Below, in pieces: positions 18,274 to 28,205 of a stretch of DNA of 64,000 nt. This DNA is from an uncultured Bacteroidales bacterium (lineage in GTDB: Bacteria > Bacteroidota > Bacteroidia > Bacteroidales > CAIXZF01). The stretch covers positions 7,208 through 71,207 of the forward strand of contig CAZSQJ010000012.1 of NCBI GenBank assembly GCA_964608665.1, given 5' to 3'. The notes beneath the pieces were generated by a model. The model had not been told where the DNA came from, searched no databases, and saw only the letters and a list, made by a program, of their open reading frames with translations. Every line of letters starts with the position of its first letter. Within the stretch, counting starts at the first letter, position 1. The position numbers and the translations under genes are program-made.

Positions 18274-20643
18274 TCAAAACTCCAGCCTGAAATTCAGCAC
18301 GGGAATGATGCCCATCCCTTCTTCCGGGACGATATCCTGCAAGCTGGGTGAGTATGTGTAACCGATGGTATTTTTCCGGTTTGTGATATTCTGCAGATCG
18401 AGCGAAAGAATATAGGAATACCTGCTTTTGTTGATCCTGAGATAAGCGCCCAGGTCGGTACGGAAAAAACCGGGCAGCCGTTCCTCGTATATCCGGCTGT
18501 AATCATACACCACATCATGTTCAAGCAGGGATGCTTCCCTGAGGATGGGTGGGATCCTGTTGCCTCCCCTCAGGAAGCACTTCAGGTTCAGTCCTATAAT
18601 ATGTTGTTTGTTGCTGCCGATACTGAAATCTTTTCCCAGCAGGATATTGCCGACGTAATTCCCGTTGAAAACCGTGTTGTGCCAAACGCCGTCCATGGCC
18701 CTGTACCTGGAATCAAACAGGGAAATGGTCAGTAGCATATAATAGTCTCCCGTATAGAATTTTTCGATGGTTGCCTCAATACCGTAATTTCTTCCTTCGC
18801 CCCGGTTATTCAGAAATGCATCGGGAACTCCGAAAAGGTAGTTCAGCGAGGAAATATTACTGCTGTCTCTGGCATCTACGGGGACATGATACAGGTACTG
18901 GAAGTACAATTCTGCTTTCAATCGCCAGTCAGGGCTGAAGGAATGATCGAAGCCGGCTACGGTGTGTATGGCCTTGCCAAGTTTGAGATTCCGGTTGGCT
19001 TCCACCGGGTTCATGCCATCCATGCTGATCATCGCAGTGTAAACCGGAATGGCTTCCATACGGCTGTGCCAGCCGATCCCTGCGCTGAACGAACTTCGGG
19101 GGCTCAGACTCCATCTCAGTCCCAGTCTTGGTTCAACGGATGTTTCCTCATTCATCCTGAAATGCAGCAGGTGTATCCCTGCAGTGGCTTCCGCATGGTC
19201 GCTGAACCTGTGTTTCCATTGAACGAAACCCTGTACCGAATTGGTGACACCATCCCTGTCTATGGCAGTGTCGTATCCCTCATCCGTGTCATGTACCATA
19301 AACATGTGAAAGCCAAGCCTGTTGATAATAAGCCCTGTCCTGACTGTATTCCTCGTATTCAGCTTGCTGTTTAACACGACTGATCCTTTCAGCGATGGGT
19401 AGGAAAAATCATCGCTGTATTCTTCAACCTCCCGGTACTGCTTGTCGAGGAGTCCGCTCCTCCATTTGTCCTGAAGGAAACTCCAGGAAACAATGGTTTT
19501 CAGGCTTGTTTTCCTGTCCGAAAACTGGTAAAAATGCTTCACTCCGGCCACTCCCATACGGTGGTCTTCCACTTCAAAGAACCTGCCTTCCCTGCCTGTC
19601 CAGCGTATGCTGTCTTTCACCGGCTCTGTTCCGGTTGTACTGTTCCCTGCCACGGCAAAGAAATTGAAATTTCCTGCTTTTGCCGCGGGGAGTGAAAGGT
19701 TGATCACAAGATCCTGGAAAACAGGAGGTAAGTTATTGTCACCCAGATCGATCATCTTCATATTACTCAGTAATCCAAAAGTTGAATAGCGGTAATTGAC
19801 GAGAAAGGAACTCCTGTTCTTCCTGTTCAGGGGCCCTTCAGCGGAGAATTCCGTGCCCACCACACCAAGCTGAAAGGCAAACTCGGTTTTTTCATCATTT
19901 CCTTTCCTGAGGAAAAGATCCATGACTCCTGAGTAAGCATTGCCGTATTCTGCAGGGAATGCAGCGGTGAGAAAGTCGGAGGTCCCCAGGGTATTTGAAG
20001 TGATAACACTCATGGCTCCCCCGGTGCTACCCTGTCCGTCGGAAAAATGATTCGGGTTTGGGATCTCAATGCCTTCCAGTCTCCATAAAAGACCTCTGGG
20101 CGAATTTCCCCTGATGATGATGTCGTTTACACCGTCTCCTTCAACAGTCGAAACACCTGCAAAATTGCTGACCATCCTTGAAGCATCATTGAACCCTCCG
20201 GCATAGCGGGTGGCATCATCCATATTGAGTTTACGCGCGCTGATCGTGGTCATGGTGTTTACCGATTTTTCCCTGTCATGCCGGCTTGCCGACACTTCCA
20301 CCCCCTTCATCCGGATGACCTGCTGCACCAGTTCAATGCTCAGGATGGTTTCCTTACCGCTGATTACATTGATTTCAGGGATAATGACCTCCTTGTATCC
20401 CACATAGGATACCTTTATATGATGTTTGCCCGGAGGGATGCGCTCAAGACGGAAATTTCCATCCATATCTGTAGTTGTACCTTTTAAAGGATTGGAATTA
20501 ATCAGTATCACAGATGCCCCGGGAAGGGTTTCCCTGCTGTCGGCATCTGCCACAGTGCCCCTGATTGTCTGGCCCTGCGGCTGGGAGAAAAGATGCATGC
20601 TGAAAAGCATCAGCATGTTTAACAAAAGGTGTCGGGTTTTCAT
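18274..20643 (-). CDS. TonB-dependent outer-membrane receptor with N-terminal carboxypeptidase-regulatory-like domain
   Basis: 789 aa. Signal peptide, then IRGTVADADSRETLPGASVILINS...DGNFRLERIPPGKHHIKVSYVGYKE (CarbopepD_reg-like). Plug-like region (...IIIRGNSPRGLLWRLEGIEIPNPNHF). C-terminal beta-barrel ending ...PVLNFRLEF with a terminal aromatic residue. Confidence 0.85.
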   Translation of the reverse strand: MKTRHLLLNMLMLFSMHLFSQPQGQTIRGTVADADSRETLPGASVILINSNPLKGTTTDMDGNFRLERIPPGKHHIKVSYVGYKEVIIPEINVISGKETILSIELVQQVIRMKGVEVSASRHDREKSVNTMTTISARKLNMDDATRYAGGFNDASRMVSNFAGVSTVEGDGVNDIIIRGNSPRGLLWRLEGIEIPNPNHFSDGQGSTGGAMSVITSNTLGTSDFLTAAFPAEYGNAYSGVMDLFLRKGNDEKTEFAFQLGVVGTEFSAEGPLNRKNRSSFLVNYRYSTFGLLSNMKMIDLGDNNLPPVFQDLVINLSLPAAKAGNFNFFAVAGNSTTGTEPVKDSIRWTGREGRFFEVEDHRMGVAGVKHFYQFSDRKTSLKTIVSWSFLQDKWRSGLLDKQYREVEEYSDDFSYPSLKGSVVLNSKLNTRNTVRTGLIINRLGFHMFMVHDTDEGYDTAIDRDGVTNSVQGFVQWKHRFSDHAEATAGIHLLHFRMNEETSVEPRLGLRWSLSPRSSFSAGIGWHSRMEAIPVYTAMISMDGMNPVEANRNLKLGKAIHTVAGFDHSFSPDWRLKAELYFQYLYHVPVDARDSSNISSLNYLFGVPDAFLNNRGEGRNYGIEATIEKFYTGDYYMLLTISLFDSRYRAMDGVWHNTVFNGNYVGNILLGKDFSIGSNKQHIIGLNLKCFLRGGNRIPPILREASLLEHDVVYDYSRIYEERLPGFFRTDLGAYLRINKSRYSYILSLDLQNITNRKNTIGYTYSPSLQDIVPEEGMGIIPVLNFRLEF

Positions 20644-20750
20644 AAGTCCGGTTTAAAAATCATGTGACGGCAACCCTGCCTGTTTGTTACAGAAGATAGA
20701 AAATATGTCTAATTTTACCGGCTAAACCAGATTAATACCACATTTACATT

Positions 20751-22172
20751 ATGTTTCCTGCAGATGTTTATCAGGGACGCCGTGCGCGTCTGAAAAAAGA
20801 ACTCGGATCGGGTCTTGCCCTCTTTCCTGCCAACTTTGAAGTGCCCTTTAATTATCCTGCCAATGGTTACTCATATCGTCAGGACAGCCATTTTTCCTAC
20901 TTTTTCGGGCTGAACCACCCGGACTACATCGGCATCGTGGATGTAGATACGGATAAAGATTATATTTTCGGGGATGACATTGATATTGAGGATATTATAT
21001 GGATGGGTGTGCTTCCCACTGTTGCAGAACAAGCCAGCCTGGCGGGTGTCAGCCAAAGCGGACCCCTTTCATCAGCCTTTGCCATGCTGGAGGCAGCCAG
21101 GAAAAAAGGTCAGAAAATCCACTTCCTGCCGCCTTACCGCAGTGAGGTGAAGCTGGCCCTTTCGGAGTGGCTGGGTATTCCTGTCAGAGCATTGAAAGAC
21201 AACGCATCGGCAGAACTGGTACGGGCTGTGGTGAAGCTCAAGGAGATCAAGGATGCGTATGAGGTTGCTGAAATTGAAAAGGCCGTGGATGTGGCTTACC
21301 TGATGCATACCACAGGCATGAAAATGTGTTTTCCGGGTATCGTGGAACAGGAGGTTGCCGGAACAATGGAGGGCATTGCACTGGCCCTTGCCGGACCTGT
21401 TTCCTTCCCGGTTATTCTGAGCATGGACGGACAAACCCTGCACAATCACCATCACGGCAATCTCCTGAAGGAAGGAAGGCTGGTGGTGATGGACGCCGGC
21501 TGCGAAACGCAGTTGCTGTATGCCAGCGATATCACCCGCACCGTCCCGGTCGGGGGGAAATTCACCCAACGGCAGAAGGAGGTGTACCAGGCTGTGCTGG
21601 ATGCCAATATGGCCGTTATCACAGAGTTAAAACCGGGGATACGTTATTTTGATATGCATATGCTGGCTGCCAGAACCCTGGCTTCGGGCCTGAAGGCGAT
21701 CGGCCTGATGAAAGGGGATGTGGACGAAGCGGTTGCTGCCGGAGCCCATACCCTGTTTTTCCCGCATGGCCTGGGTCATATGCTCGGAATGGATGTGCAT
21801 GACATGGAAGGACTGGGTGAAAACAATGTGGGCTATGATGAAACCATCAGCCGGGCCAGTGCTTTCGGCACAGCTTACCTGAGACTGGCAAAGACCCTGC
21901 GTCCGGGCTTTGTCCTGACCATCGAACCGGGTTGTTATTTCATTCCGGCATTGATCGATCAGTTCCGTGCAGAAAAGAAATTCGAAAGTTTTATCAATTA
22001 CGATCTGGCAGAGACCTATAAAGATTTCGGCGGTATCCGTATCGAAGACGATGCGCTGATCACCCAGACGGGCTCAAGGATACTCGGCAAGCCCATCCCC
22101 AAATCCGTTGCTGACGTGGAACACACAATGACTTCACCCCGCGAATGGGTGAAGATGCCCGGGCTGATTTAA
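20751..22172 (+). CDS. pepP: Xaa-Pro aminopeptidase (M24B, aminopeptidase P family)
   Basis: 473 aa. AMP_N-type YRQDSHFSYFFG. Metal-ligand context VVMDAGCE...YASDITRT, HGLGHMLGMDVHD, LTIEPGCY, GGIRIEDD. Confidence 0.85.
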   Translation: MFPADVYQGRRARLKKELGSGLALFPANFEVPFNYPANGYSYRQDSHFSYFFGLNHPDYIGIVDVDTDKDYIFGDDIDIEDIIWMGVLPTVAEQASLAGVSQSGPLSSAFAMLEAARKKGQKIHFLPPYRSEVKLALSEWLGIPVRALKDNASAELVRAVVKLKEIKDAYEVAEIEKAVDVAYLMHTTGMKMCFPGIVEQEVAGTMEGIALALAGPVSFPVILSMDGQTLHNHHHGNLLKEGRLVVMDAGCETQLLYASDITRTVPVGGKFTQRQKEVYQAVLDANMAVITELKPGIRYFDMHMLAARTLASGLKAIGLMKGDVDEAVAAGAHTLFFPHGLGHMLGMDVHDMEGLGENNVGYDETISRASAFGTAYLRLAKTLRPGFVLTIEPGCYFIPALIDQFRAEKKFESFINYDLAETYKDFGGIRIEDDALITQTGSRILGKPIPKSVADVEHTMTSPREWVKMPGLI

Positions 22173-22188
22173 CGGGAATGATCAAAAT

Positions 22189-22229
22189 AAAACCGAAAAT
22201 CTGAACTTAAAATTCAGATTTTCGGTTTT
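22189..22229. terminator. Bidirectional terminator between convergent pepP and the DUF2461 gene
   Basis: Perfect 17-bp stem aaaaccgaaaatctgaa / ttcagattttcggtttt with a 7-nt loop (cttaaaa). A-rich upstream and T-rich downstream. Confidence 0.75.
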
Positions 22230-22253
22230 ATTCCGTCATTTTATCAGAATACG

Positions 22254-22922
22254 CTACATCTCCATTCCCAGCGCCCTGTTGGTAAAGGCTACCAGGGGGT
22301 GCATGGCTTTGAATGCGGCCAGTGCGGTTTCTTTCACTTTACCACTGCTCATTTCCTTGTCTTTCAGGTATTCCCCAACCACATAATGCTTCAGTTTCAG
22401 CAGGTCAATGTCGGGCCATTCGGGCGGATAACCCTGGGGAGCCTTCTTCAGTTCATCGCCCATCTTGTCAAGGGTGTCGAAGTGCTTTTTGAAATCCTTT
22501 GCCTGAAGGATGGCTTTGAATTCGTCAATATTGTAGAAGATCTCCTGCCTGACTTTCTTCAGGTTTTCGGAGGGCGGCATATACAAACCTCCGCCGGCAA
22601 AAGATTTTCCTTCTGGTTCCAGGTGGATGTAATAGCCGGAGTAAGGACTTTTTCTCCCCCCCCTGGAAATAAAAGCCCCCATATTGGCTTTATAGGGAGT
22701 TTTATCGTTGGAGAAGCGGGTATCCCTGAAGATCCGGAATACACAGTCTTTGGCTTTCAGGGGTCCGATTCCCGGATCAAAGTGCTGAATTCCGGCGATC
22801 AGTTCATCTGTGAAGGCTTCAAAGGTTTTTCTGCATTGCTGATACCACTCGCGTTGGCTGTCGAACCATTCCCTGTTGTTATTCGCCGACAATTCGCTGA
22901 GAAAGTTGATTATATCATTCAT
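22254..22922 (-). CDS. DUF2461 (TIGR02453) family protein
   Basis: 222 aa. FLSELSANNNREWFDSQREWYQ...FRIFRDTRFSNDKTPYKANMGAFISRGG...GYYIHLEP...GGGLYMP match the family hallmarks as I remember them. Confidence 0.75.
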   Translation of the reverse strand: MNDIINFLSELSANNNREWFDSQREWYQQCRKTFEAFTDELIAGIQHFDPGIGPLKAKDCVFRIFRDTRFSNDKTPYKANMGAFISRGGRKSPYSGYYIHLEPEGKSFAGGGLYMPPSENLKKVRQEIFYNIDEFKAILQAKDFKKHFDTLDKMGDELKKAPQGYPPEWPDIDLLKLKHYVVGEYLKDKEMSSGKVKETALAAFKAMHPLVAFTNRALGMEM

Positions 22923-22924
22923 TA

Positions 22925-23632
22925 TCAGTCAAGTATAATGATTTTCCCGCTATGTTCATAGAAATGATTCCTCAGGCCGAGCAAATATAAGCCGGGTTTC
23001 ATCCCTTCCGTTTTGATGCGGAAAAACCGGTTGATGGGAATTTCCACCGGCTGATGCAGGATGAGCCTACCGTCAGGCGATGAAAGTGTGAGTTCGTATG
23101 AGCCGGGTTCTCCGGTGACAGTGATTGTCTGGCCTTCCTGAACAGGGTTTGGGTATGATTTCAGCCAGTCCTTACTGATTGCGGGATCTGTGATTCCCAC
23201 TCCAGATCCGATGCTGCCGCTGTTGGTGATGATATTCGGAAGAGGTGTGATAGTAAGGGGGGTATACCCGCCGAGGTAATAGAATTTCAGCAGGTAGAGG
23301 GTGTCTCCGTCGGCGGTGAAAGGCGTCAGGCCGAACCAGGCTATCAGTAACTGATCGGTGGCGCCGCCGATGTAATGATTGATCATGGTGTTGCCGTTGT
23401 TCAGGTCGGGGTGAATGACGGTATATCCTGTGTAAAACACTACCGTATTCCAGAAGGATATTTCAAGGGCAAGGCTGCTCCAGTTATAGATGTCCTGACC
23501 GGTCAGCGGCACAAGGATGGTATCTCCCGCGCTCACCCCCGTCACGTGCGGCAGGGTCAGTGCGGGTGTCTGGCTGTAGGATACCGAAAATACAACAAGG
23601 GAAAATGCCAGCAGAAGGATGATCTTTTTCAT
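22925..23632 (-). CDS. Small cohesin-like domain protein with T9SS C-terminal sorting domain
   Basis: 235 aa. Signal MKKIILLLAFSLVVFSVSYSQ. Cohesin-like LTLPHVTGVSAGDTILVPLTGQDIYNWSSLALEISF...DQLLIAWFG...GDTLYLLKFYY. C-terminus SYPNPVQEGQTITV...LSSPDGRLI...MKPGLYLLGL. Confidence 0.7.
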   Translation of the reverse strand: MKKIILLLAFSLVVFSVSYSQTPALTLPHVTGVSAGDTILVPLTGQDIYNWSSLALEISFWNTVVFYTGYTVIHPDLNNGNTMINHYIGGATDQLLIAWFGLTPFTADGDTLYLLKFYYLGGYTPLTITPLPNIITNSGSIGSGVGITDPAISKDWLKSYPNPVQEGQTITVTGEPGSYELTLSSPDGRLILHQPVEIPINRFFRIKTEGMKPGLYLLGLRNHFYEHSGKIIILD

Positions 23633-23680
23633 GATAAATTGATTTAATGATCAAAATTAATATTTTTTTCCCCATATGGA

Positions 23681-23735
23681 AGAGACGCGATTCATCGCGT
23701 CTCTGAATAAATAGAGACGCGATTCATCGCGTCTC
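23681..23735 (-). repeat. Two identical 23-nt hairpin units in tandem (probable tandem terminators after the GH20 gene)
   Basis: agagacgcgattcatcgcgtctc at 23681-23703 and again at 23713-23735. Each unit has a 9-bp stem gagacgcga/tcgcgtctc with loop ttca. The units start 11 nt downstream of the GH20 stop on the minus strand. Confidence 0.6.
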
Positions 23736-23746
23736 AACCAAAAGGA

Positions 23747-26062
23747 TTATTCCACCACCACCTCGTCAATAAAAACCCAGCATGGCTGACCGGCCGATTC
23801 GTGCCAGGCCGGATTGACACCGGCATTTTTCGCCCTGATCCTGATAAAACGGGTATTGATCCCACCGGTTTCAATACGGAAAGGCCTGATTTCCAGTCCG
23901 GGGTATCTTTCCGGCACTGCTTCTATCCGGCCTGCCTCCCGGAAATCGTTTCCGTCGGGTGAAAGTGACACATCCACACTTACGGGCAGGAAGATCCAGC
24001 TGTAGATGTTTTTCAGGAAGGTGGCAGTAACAGCATGAACGCTTGTTGCTTCTCCAAGGTCGAGGATGATCTCGCAGTCATTGGAAAGGTATCCCTGCCA
24101 TGCGCCTCCACCGAAAGAGAGGGTGCCATGCATGCCGTCAACCACGGTATTGTCGCCTTTGCCGGGATATTTCGGGCTGTAAGGCTTCAGGATGTTGACT
24201 TTCTTCCCGCTTGCCAGGTTGACGCTGATGTGACGGTCGTTGGTACGCCCCGGTTTTTCTCCTTTTGAGTACACGGCAGCCCTGACGGTCGTTGCTGTTG
24301 TAAGAGGAACAGGACTGTTATATGTGGAAGATGCCGGTCCGGGTTCACTTCCGTCGAGGGTGTACCGGATTTTCATGCCCTTCCAGTCAGTCCCGAGTAC
24401 CAGCAGCAACGGGCTTTTTCCTTTTCCGGGCAAGGTGGAGATATTGACATCGTAAAGGCTTTTGCAGTAAGCAACCTTATCTCTGTCGAGAAGTTTAAAA
24501 TGATGCCCCAGCCTTTCGGTGAATTCATCCCAGTTTCTGCTGCCGGGTGGTGACCAGTTGACTTCCGCCAGCGCGATTGCCCGCGGGTAGGCCATATAGA
24601 TCAGGTGGTCTCCGTTATCTATGTATTCGGTCCAGAGGTTGGCCTGTGCACCCAGGATATGCTTTCGCTCCGCCTCCCGGAGTGCTTCAGGGACAGGTTC
24701 AAATCCGTACACTTTTTTCAGGGGGGTGAATCCGCCGATAGCGAGGGGTTCATAGGCAGGATCTGCCTGGTAATGATCGAAATAGCAATGGCTGCCGGGT
24801 GTCATGATCACATCATGACCAAGCCTGGCCGCTTCAATGCCGCCTTCTGTTCCCCGCCACGACATTACCGTAGCCTGCGGGGCCAGCCCCCCTTCCATGA
24901 TCTCATCCCATCCGATCAGTTTTCTTCCGTTCGCATTCAGAAACTGCCCGATTCTTTTAATAAAATAACTCTGCAGTTCATGTTCGTCGTTCAGTTCCTT
25001 ATCCCTGATCCTTTGCTGGCAGTGGACACATTGTTTCCACCTGCTTTTTGGTGCTTCATCGCCACCGATGTGAATATATTGAGATGGAAACAGTTCCATC
25101 ACTTCGGTCAGGATATCCTGAAGAAATTCAAAGGTGGCGTCTTTGCCTGCACAGAACACATCATCCGATACACCCCACATGGTGCGCACTTCGAAGGGGC
25201 CGCCGGTACAGGAGTATTGGGGGTAGGCGGTCAGGGCGGCAACGGCATGACCGGGCATCTCGATTTCAGGGATCACGGTGATATACCTGTCGCTGGCATA
25301 AGCCACAATCTCCCGGATCTGGGATTTCGTGTAATAACCTCCGTAAACCTGGTTGTCGGTTACATCGCTTTTTTCAACCTGTGTCCCTTTCCGCCAGGCC
25401 CCCACCGAGGTGAGTCCCGGGTATCGATCGATCTGGATGCGCCATCCCTGGTCGTCGGTCAGGTGCCAGTGGAACACATTGTATTTGTAGAAGGACATCA
25501 GGTCAAGATATTTTTTTATGAATTCCACTGGGAAGAAATGCCTGCAAACGTCCAGGTGCATGCCGCGGTATGAAAAGCGTGCATGATCTTCGATATGTAC
25601 GCAGGGAATGCGTATTACCTTCCCTTTTGCAGTGTTTTCTGTAAGGTCATCATTCACCGGAAACAATTGCAACAGGCTTTGAATACCGTAAAAGATGCCT
25701 TGTCCGCCGGAAGCTTCAATCAGGATCATTTTCCTGCCGATATCAAGCGTGTAACTGCCTGGCGGACCTTTCAGTCCCGGATTGATCATGAGCCGGATCC
25801 TGCCATTTTGTCTGCCAGGTTTAATGTATTCCGAAATTGCCGGAAGGGGGCCGCCGGCACGAGCGGTCATCTCTGCCAGATATCCAGCCAGCAGCTTGAT
25901 CTCTGGGTCTATACTGCCTGTTTCTATGGCTATTCCTGCCGTAAGACGGAAGGTGCCGCGTTTTTCCTTCATCAGGGCGGGTTTCGGAATGATATTGAGA
26001 TTACCTGAGAATAAAACTGCAGGAATCAGCAAGAGAAGGAAGGGGAGGAGAAATTTCTTCAT
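23747..26062 (-). CDS. Beta-N-acetylhexosaminidase (GH20) with C-terminal discoidin (F5/8 type C)-like domain
   Basis: 771 aa. Signal peptide. RGMHLDVCRHFF, YNVFHWHLTDDQGWR, IHIGGDEAP (catalytic D-E), WRGTEGG. C-terminal ~150 aa beta-sandwich (GDNTVVDGMHG...WQGY...). Confidence 0.9.
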   Translation of the reverse strand: MKKFLLPFLLLLIPAVLFSGNLNIIPKPALMKEKRGTFRLTAGIAIETGSIDPEIKLLAGYLAEMTARAGGPLPAISEYIKPGRQNGRIRLMINPGLKGPPGSYTLDIGRKMILIEASGGQGIFYGIQSLLQLFPVNDDLTENTAKGKVIRIPCVHIEDHARFSYRGMHLDVCRHFFPVEFIKKYLDLMSFYKYNVFHWHLTDDQGWRIQIDRYPGLTSVGAWRKGTQVEKSDVTDNQVYGGYYTKSQIREIVAYASDRYITVIPEIEMPGHAVAALTAYPQYSCTGGPFEVRTMWGVSDDVFCAGKDATFEFLQDILTEVMELFPSQYIHIGGDEAPKSRWKQCVHCQQRIRDKELNDEHELQSYFIKRIGQFLNANGRKLIGWDEIMEGGLAPQATVMSWRGTEGGIEAARLGHDVIMTPGSHCYFDHYQADPAYEPLAIGGFTPLKKVYGFEPVPEALREAERKHILGAQANLWTEYIDNGDHLIYMAYPRAIALAEVNWSPPGSRNWDEFTERLGHHFKLLDRDKVAYCKSLYDVNISTLPGKGKSPLLLVLGTDWKGMKIRYTLDGSEPGPASSTYNSPVPLTTATTVRAAVYSKGEKPGRTNDRHISVNLASGKKVNILKPYSPKYPGKGDNTVVDGMHGTLSFGGGAWQGYLSNDCEIILDLGEATSVHAVTATFLKNIYSWIFLPVSVDVSLSPDGNDFREAGRIEAVPERYPGLEIRPFRIETGGINTRFIRIRAKNAGVNPAWHESAGQPCWVFIDEVVVE

Positions 26063-26188
26063 GATATTGGGTGTAGTTGTGGGTATGATCAGATGATTAA
26101 GCGACGAAAATTAGGTAAAAAATGCCAGCGTCAACAGGAACGGAATGTGTTTTTTCGGAATGCTGTTTTGTGCCGGTTCAAAACAACC

Positions 26189-26196
26189 TACCTTTG
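26189..26196 (+). promoter_or_regulatory. Bacteroidetes-type -7 promoter element (TAnnTTTG) for the hyf-like operon
   Basis: TACCTTTG at 26189-26196, 22 nt upstream of the ATG at 26219. A TTTG at 26167-26170 lies 18 nt upstream, compatible with a -33 element. Confidence 0.35.
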
Positions 26197-26218
26197 CCTG
26201 CGTCACACCGGGATCAAC

Positions 26219-28204
26219 ATGGAATTCCTGCTTATTGGATGCTTCGTCCTTTCATTGGCTTTGATCTTTGCCGTTCCGGCACGCACAAAGCACCTGGTAA
26301 GCGGAATTCCCCTGCTGGTCTTACTGGTGATCAGTTCGTGGGTTGCAGTGCCTGCAATATTTTCGGCATCACAGCAACAGTACATGTTCCATATTCCCCT
26401 TGCCGGACTGAAACCTGTCGTTTTTTTCATTGATGCACTTTCGGGCTTTTTCATCCTGACGGTGAATTTCAGTGCACTGACCGCATATCTTTTTGCAGGG
26501 ACTTACCTGGACGGACACCTGAACCGGTACCGTCCTGCATGGATTTCTGTTCATTACCTTTCACTGCTGCTCCTGTATGCTTCCATGCTGCTGGTCTGTA
26601 CCCAGCGAAGCGCTTTCTCTTTCCTGCTGAGCTGGGAATTAATGACGCTGTCTTCTTTCCTCCTGGTGATTTTCGACAACACCTCCAGGGCCAACCTGAA
26701 AACAGGTATCAACTATCTTGTTCAGATGCACCTCAGTATGTTCCTTCTGCTGATGGCATTTCTGGTGGCCGGCGGACAAGGCTCATACGGATTCGCCAGC
26801 CTGCCGGCATTTTTTGGCACACACCGGGAATTACCGCTCTTTCTGCTGTTTTTTGCCGGTTTTGGAATCAAAGCAGGTTTCATTCCGTTTCACACCTGGC
26901 TTCCGGATGCACATCCTTCCGCTCCGTCACATGTCTCGGCTTTGATGTCGGGGGTGATGATAAAAATGGGGATCTATGGGATTTTCAGGGTGATAAGCAC
27001 GGTTCAGCATGATTTTCTTACCATCGGAATTTTTATCCTGGTGATTTCCCTCCTTACGGGGATTTATGGTGTTTTACAGGCCATCGTACAGCACGACCTG
27101 AAAAAACTGCTTGCATACCATAGTATCGAGAATATCGGGATCATCGGGACCGGGATCGGACTTGGCTGCATCGGTTTAGCCATGCACCACAGCGAGCTTG
27201 CACTGCTTGGTTTTGGAGGCGGCTTGCTGCATGTGCTGAATCATTCGCTTTTTAAGTCCCTGCTTTTCTTCGCCGCCGGAAATGTTTACAATGCCACCGG
27301 TACACGGTTCATGGACCTCATGGGAGGTCTGGCGAAAAAAATGCCTTTCACGGCTTTCTTCTTTCTGCTTGGCGCACTTTCGATTTGCGGCCTGCCGCCG
27401 TTTAACGGTTTCATATCGGAATACCTCCTTTACCTGGGGATGATCGGAAGCATTCACCAGGCGGGTTTTTACGGATCGATAGGGCTGATCATGGCCATAT
27501 TGGGATTAACACTGACCGGTGGTCTGGCCGTTTTCTGTTTTACCAAGGCTTTTGGGATAGCTTTCCTTGGAGAAGCGCGCTCGGATGCCTGTACCCGGGC
27601 TGTTGAGCCGCGGCCTGCCTCTTTTACCGGGCATATGCTGATCGCTGCCATGATCATTGCCATCGGCTTCGCTCCTGCATTATTTGTGAAACCTGTCCTG
27701 TCAGCCCTAGCATCGGTTTTTATTCCCGGAACTCCCGCCATGACGCGTCCCGTGCTTCAGAATCTCGGCATGATCAGTCTGAGTGGCGGCATATTTGTCC
27801 TGCTGGTTGTGGGATTATTCCTGCTTCGTCGCCTGATTTCTGCTCACCGGCAAAAATCGGTCGCCCCGACCTGGGGTTGTGGTTATCAGTCCCCCTCTGC
27901 AAGGATGCAGTATACGGCTACTTCTTATGCTGAAAATGTTGCAGGACTCAGCAGCCCAATCATCAACCTGAACAAGGAAATGAAACCGACAGGGACTGAG
28001 GAAATCTTCCCCAAGCCGGGGACCTTCGTTTCCCACCCTTCGGAGAAACTGGAGGAATGGCTTGTCAACAGGCCCTTTCTGGCCCTGCGACGCCTGTTGC
28101 GACGGATTGCATTCCTGCAAACAGGACAGATCAGGCATTATATTCTGTATCCCTTTGTGTTCCTTTTGCTTATTTTTCTTCTGACCCTGTTGAACCTCCT
28201 ATAA
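26219..28204 (+). CDS. HyfB/HycC (NuoL-like) antiporter-type membrane subunit of a hydrogenase-4/complex-I-like complex
   Basis: ORF 26093..28204. Start moved to MEFLLIGCFVLSLALIF (ATG at 26219), where the first TM helix begins. LSWELMTLSSFLLV (TM5 Glu), FGIKAGFIPFHTWLPDAHPSAPSHVSALMSGVMIKMGIYG (TM7 Lys), LLAYHSIENIG, HVLNHSLFKSLLFF (TM12 Lys). HyfB-type C-terminal extension ...PTWGCGYQSP..MQYTATSYAE. Confidence 0.85.
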   Translation: MEFLLIGCFVLSLALIFAVPARTKHLVSGIPLLVLLVISSWVAVPAIFSASQQQYMFHIPLAGLKPVVFFIDALSGFFILTVNFSALTAYLFAGTYLDGHLNRYRPAWISVHYLSLLLLYASMLLVCTQRSAFSFLLSWELMTLSSFLLVIFDNTSRANLKTGINYLVQMHLSMFLLLMAFLVAGGQGSYGFASLPAFFGTHRELPLFLLFFAGFGIKAGFIPFHTWLPDAHPSAPSHVSALMSGVMIKMGIYGIFRVISTVQHDFLTIGIFILVISLLTGIYGVLQAIVQHDLKKLLAYHSIENIGIIGTGIGLGCIGLAMHHSELALLGFGGGLLHVLNHSLFKSLLFFAAGNVYNATGTRFMDLMGGLAKKMPFTAFFFLLGALSICGLPPFNGFISEYLLYLGMIGSIHQAGFYGSIGLIMAILGLTLTGGLAVFCFTKAFGIAFLGEARSDACTRAVEPRPASFTGHMLIAAMIIAIGFAPALFVKPVLSALASVFIPGTPAMTRPVLQNLGMISLSGGIFVLLVVGLFLLRRLISAHRQKSVAPTWGCGYQSPSARMQYTATSYAENVAGLSSPIINLNKEMKPTGTEEIFPKPGTFVSHPSEKLEEWLVNRPFLALRRLLRRIAFLQTGQIRHYILYPFVFLLLIFLLTLLNLL

Positions 28205-28205
28205 T

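Noticed and set aside
22299-22961. 220-aa plus-strand ORF
   Set aside because: It is antisense to the DUF2461 gene and runs into the neighbouring T9SS gene. It has no motifs. The minus-strand reading gives a recognisable family.
24605-25573. 322-aa plus-strand ORF
   Set aside because: It is antisense to the GH20 hexosaminidase gene, which carries clear catalytic motifs, and it has none of its own.
26093-26218. N-terminal 42-aa extension of the HyfB-like ORF (start at 26093)
   Set aside because: The extension is basic and non-membrane and contains the TAnnTTTG promoter-like motif. The first TM helix starts at the ATG at 26219.
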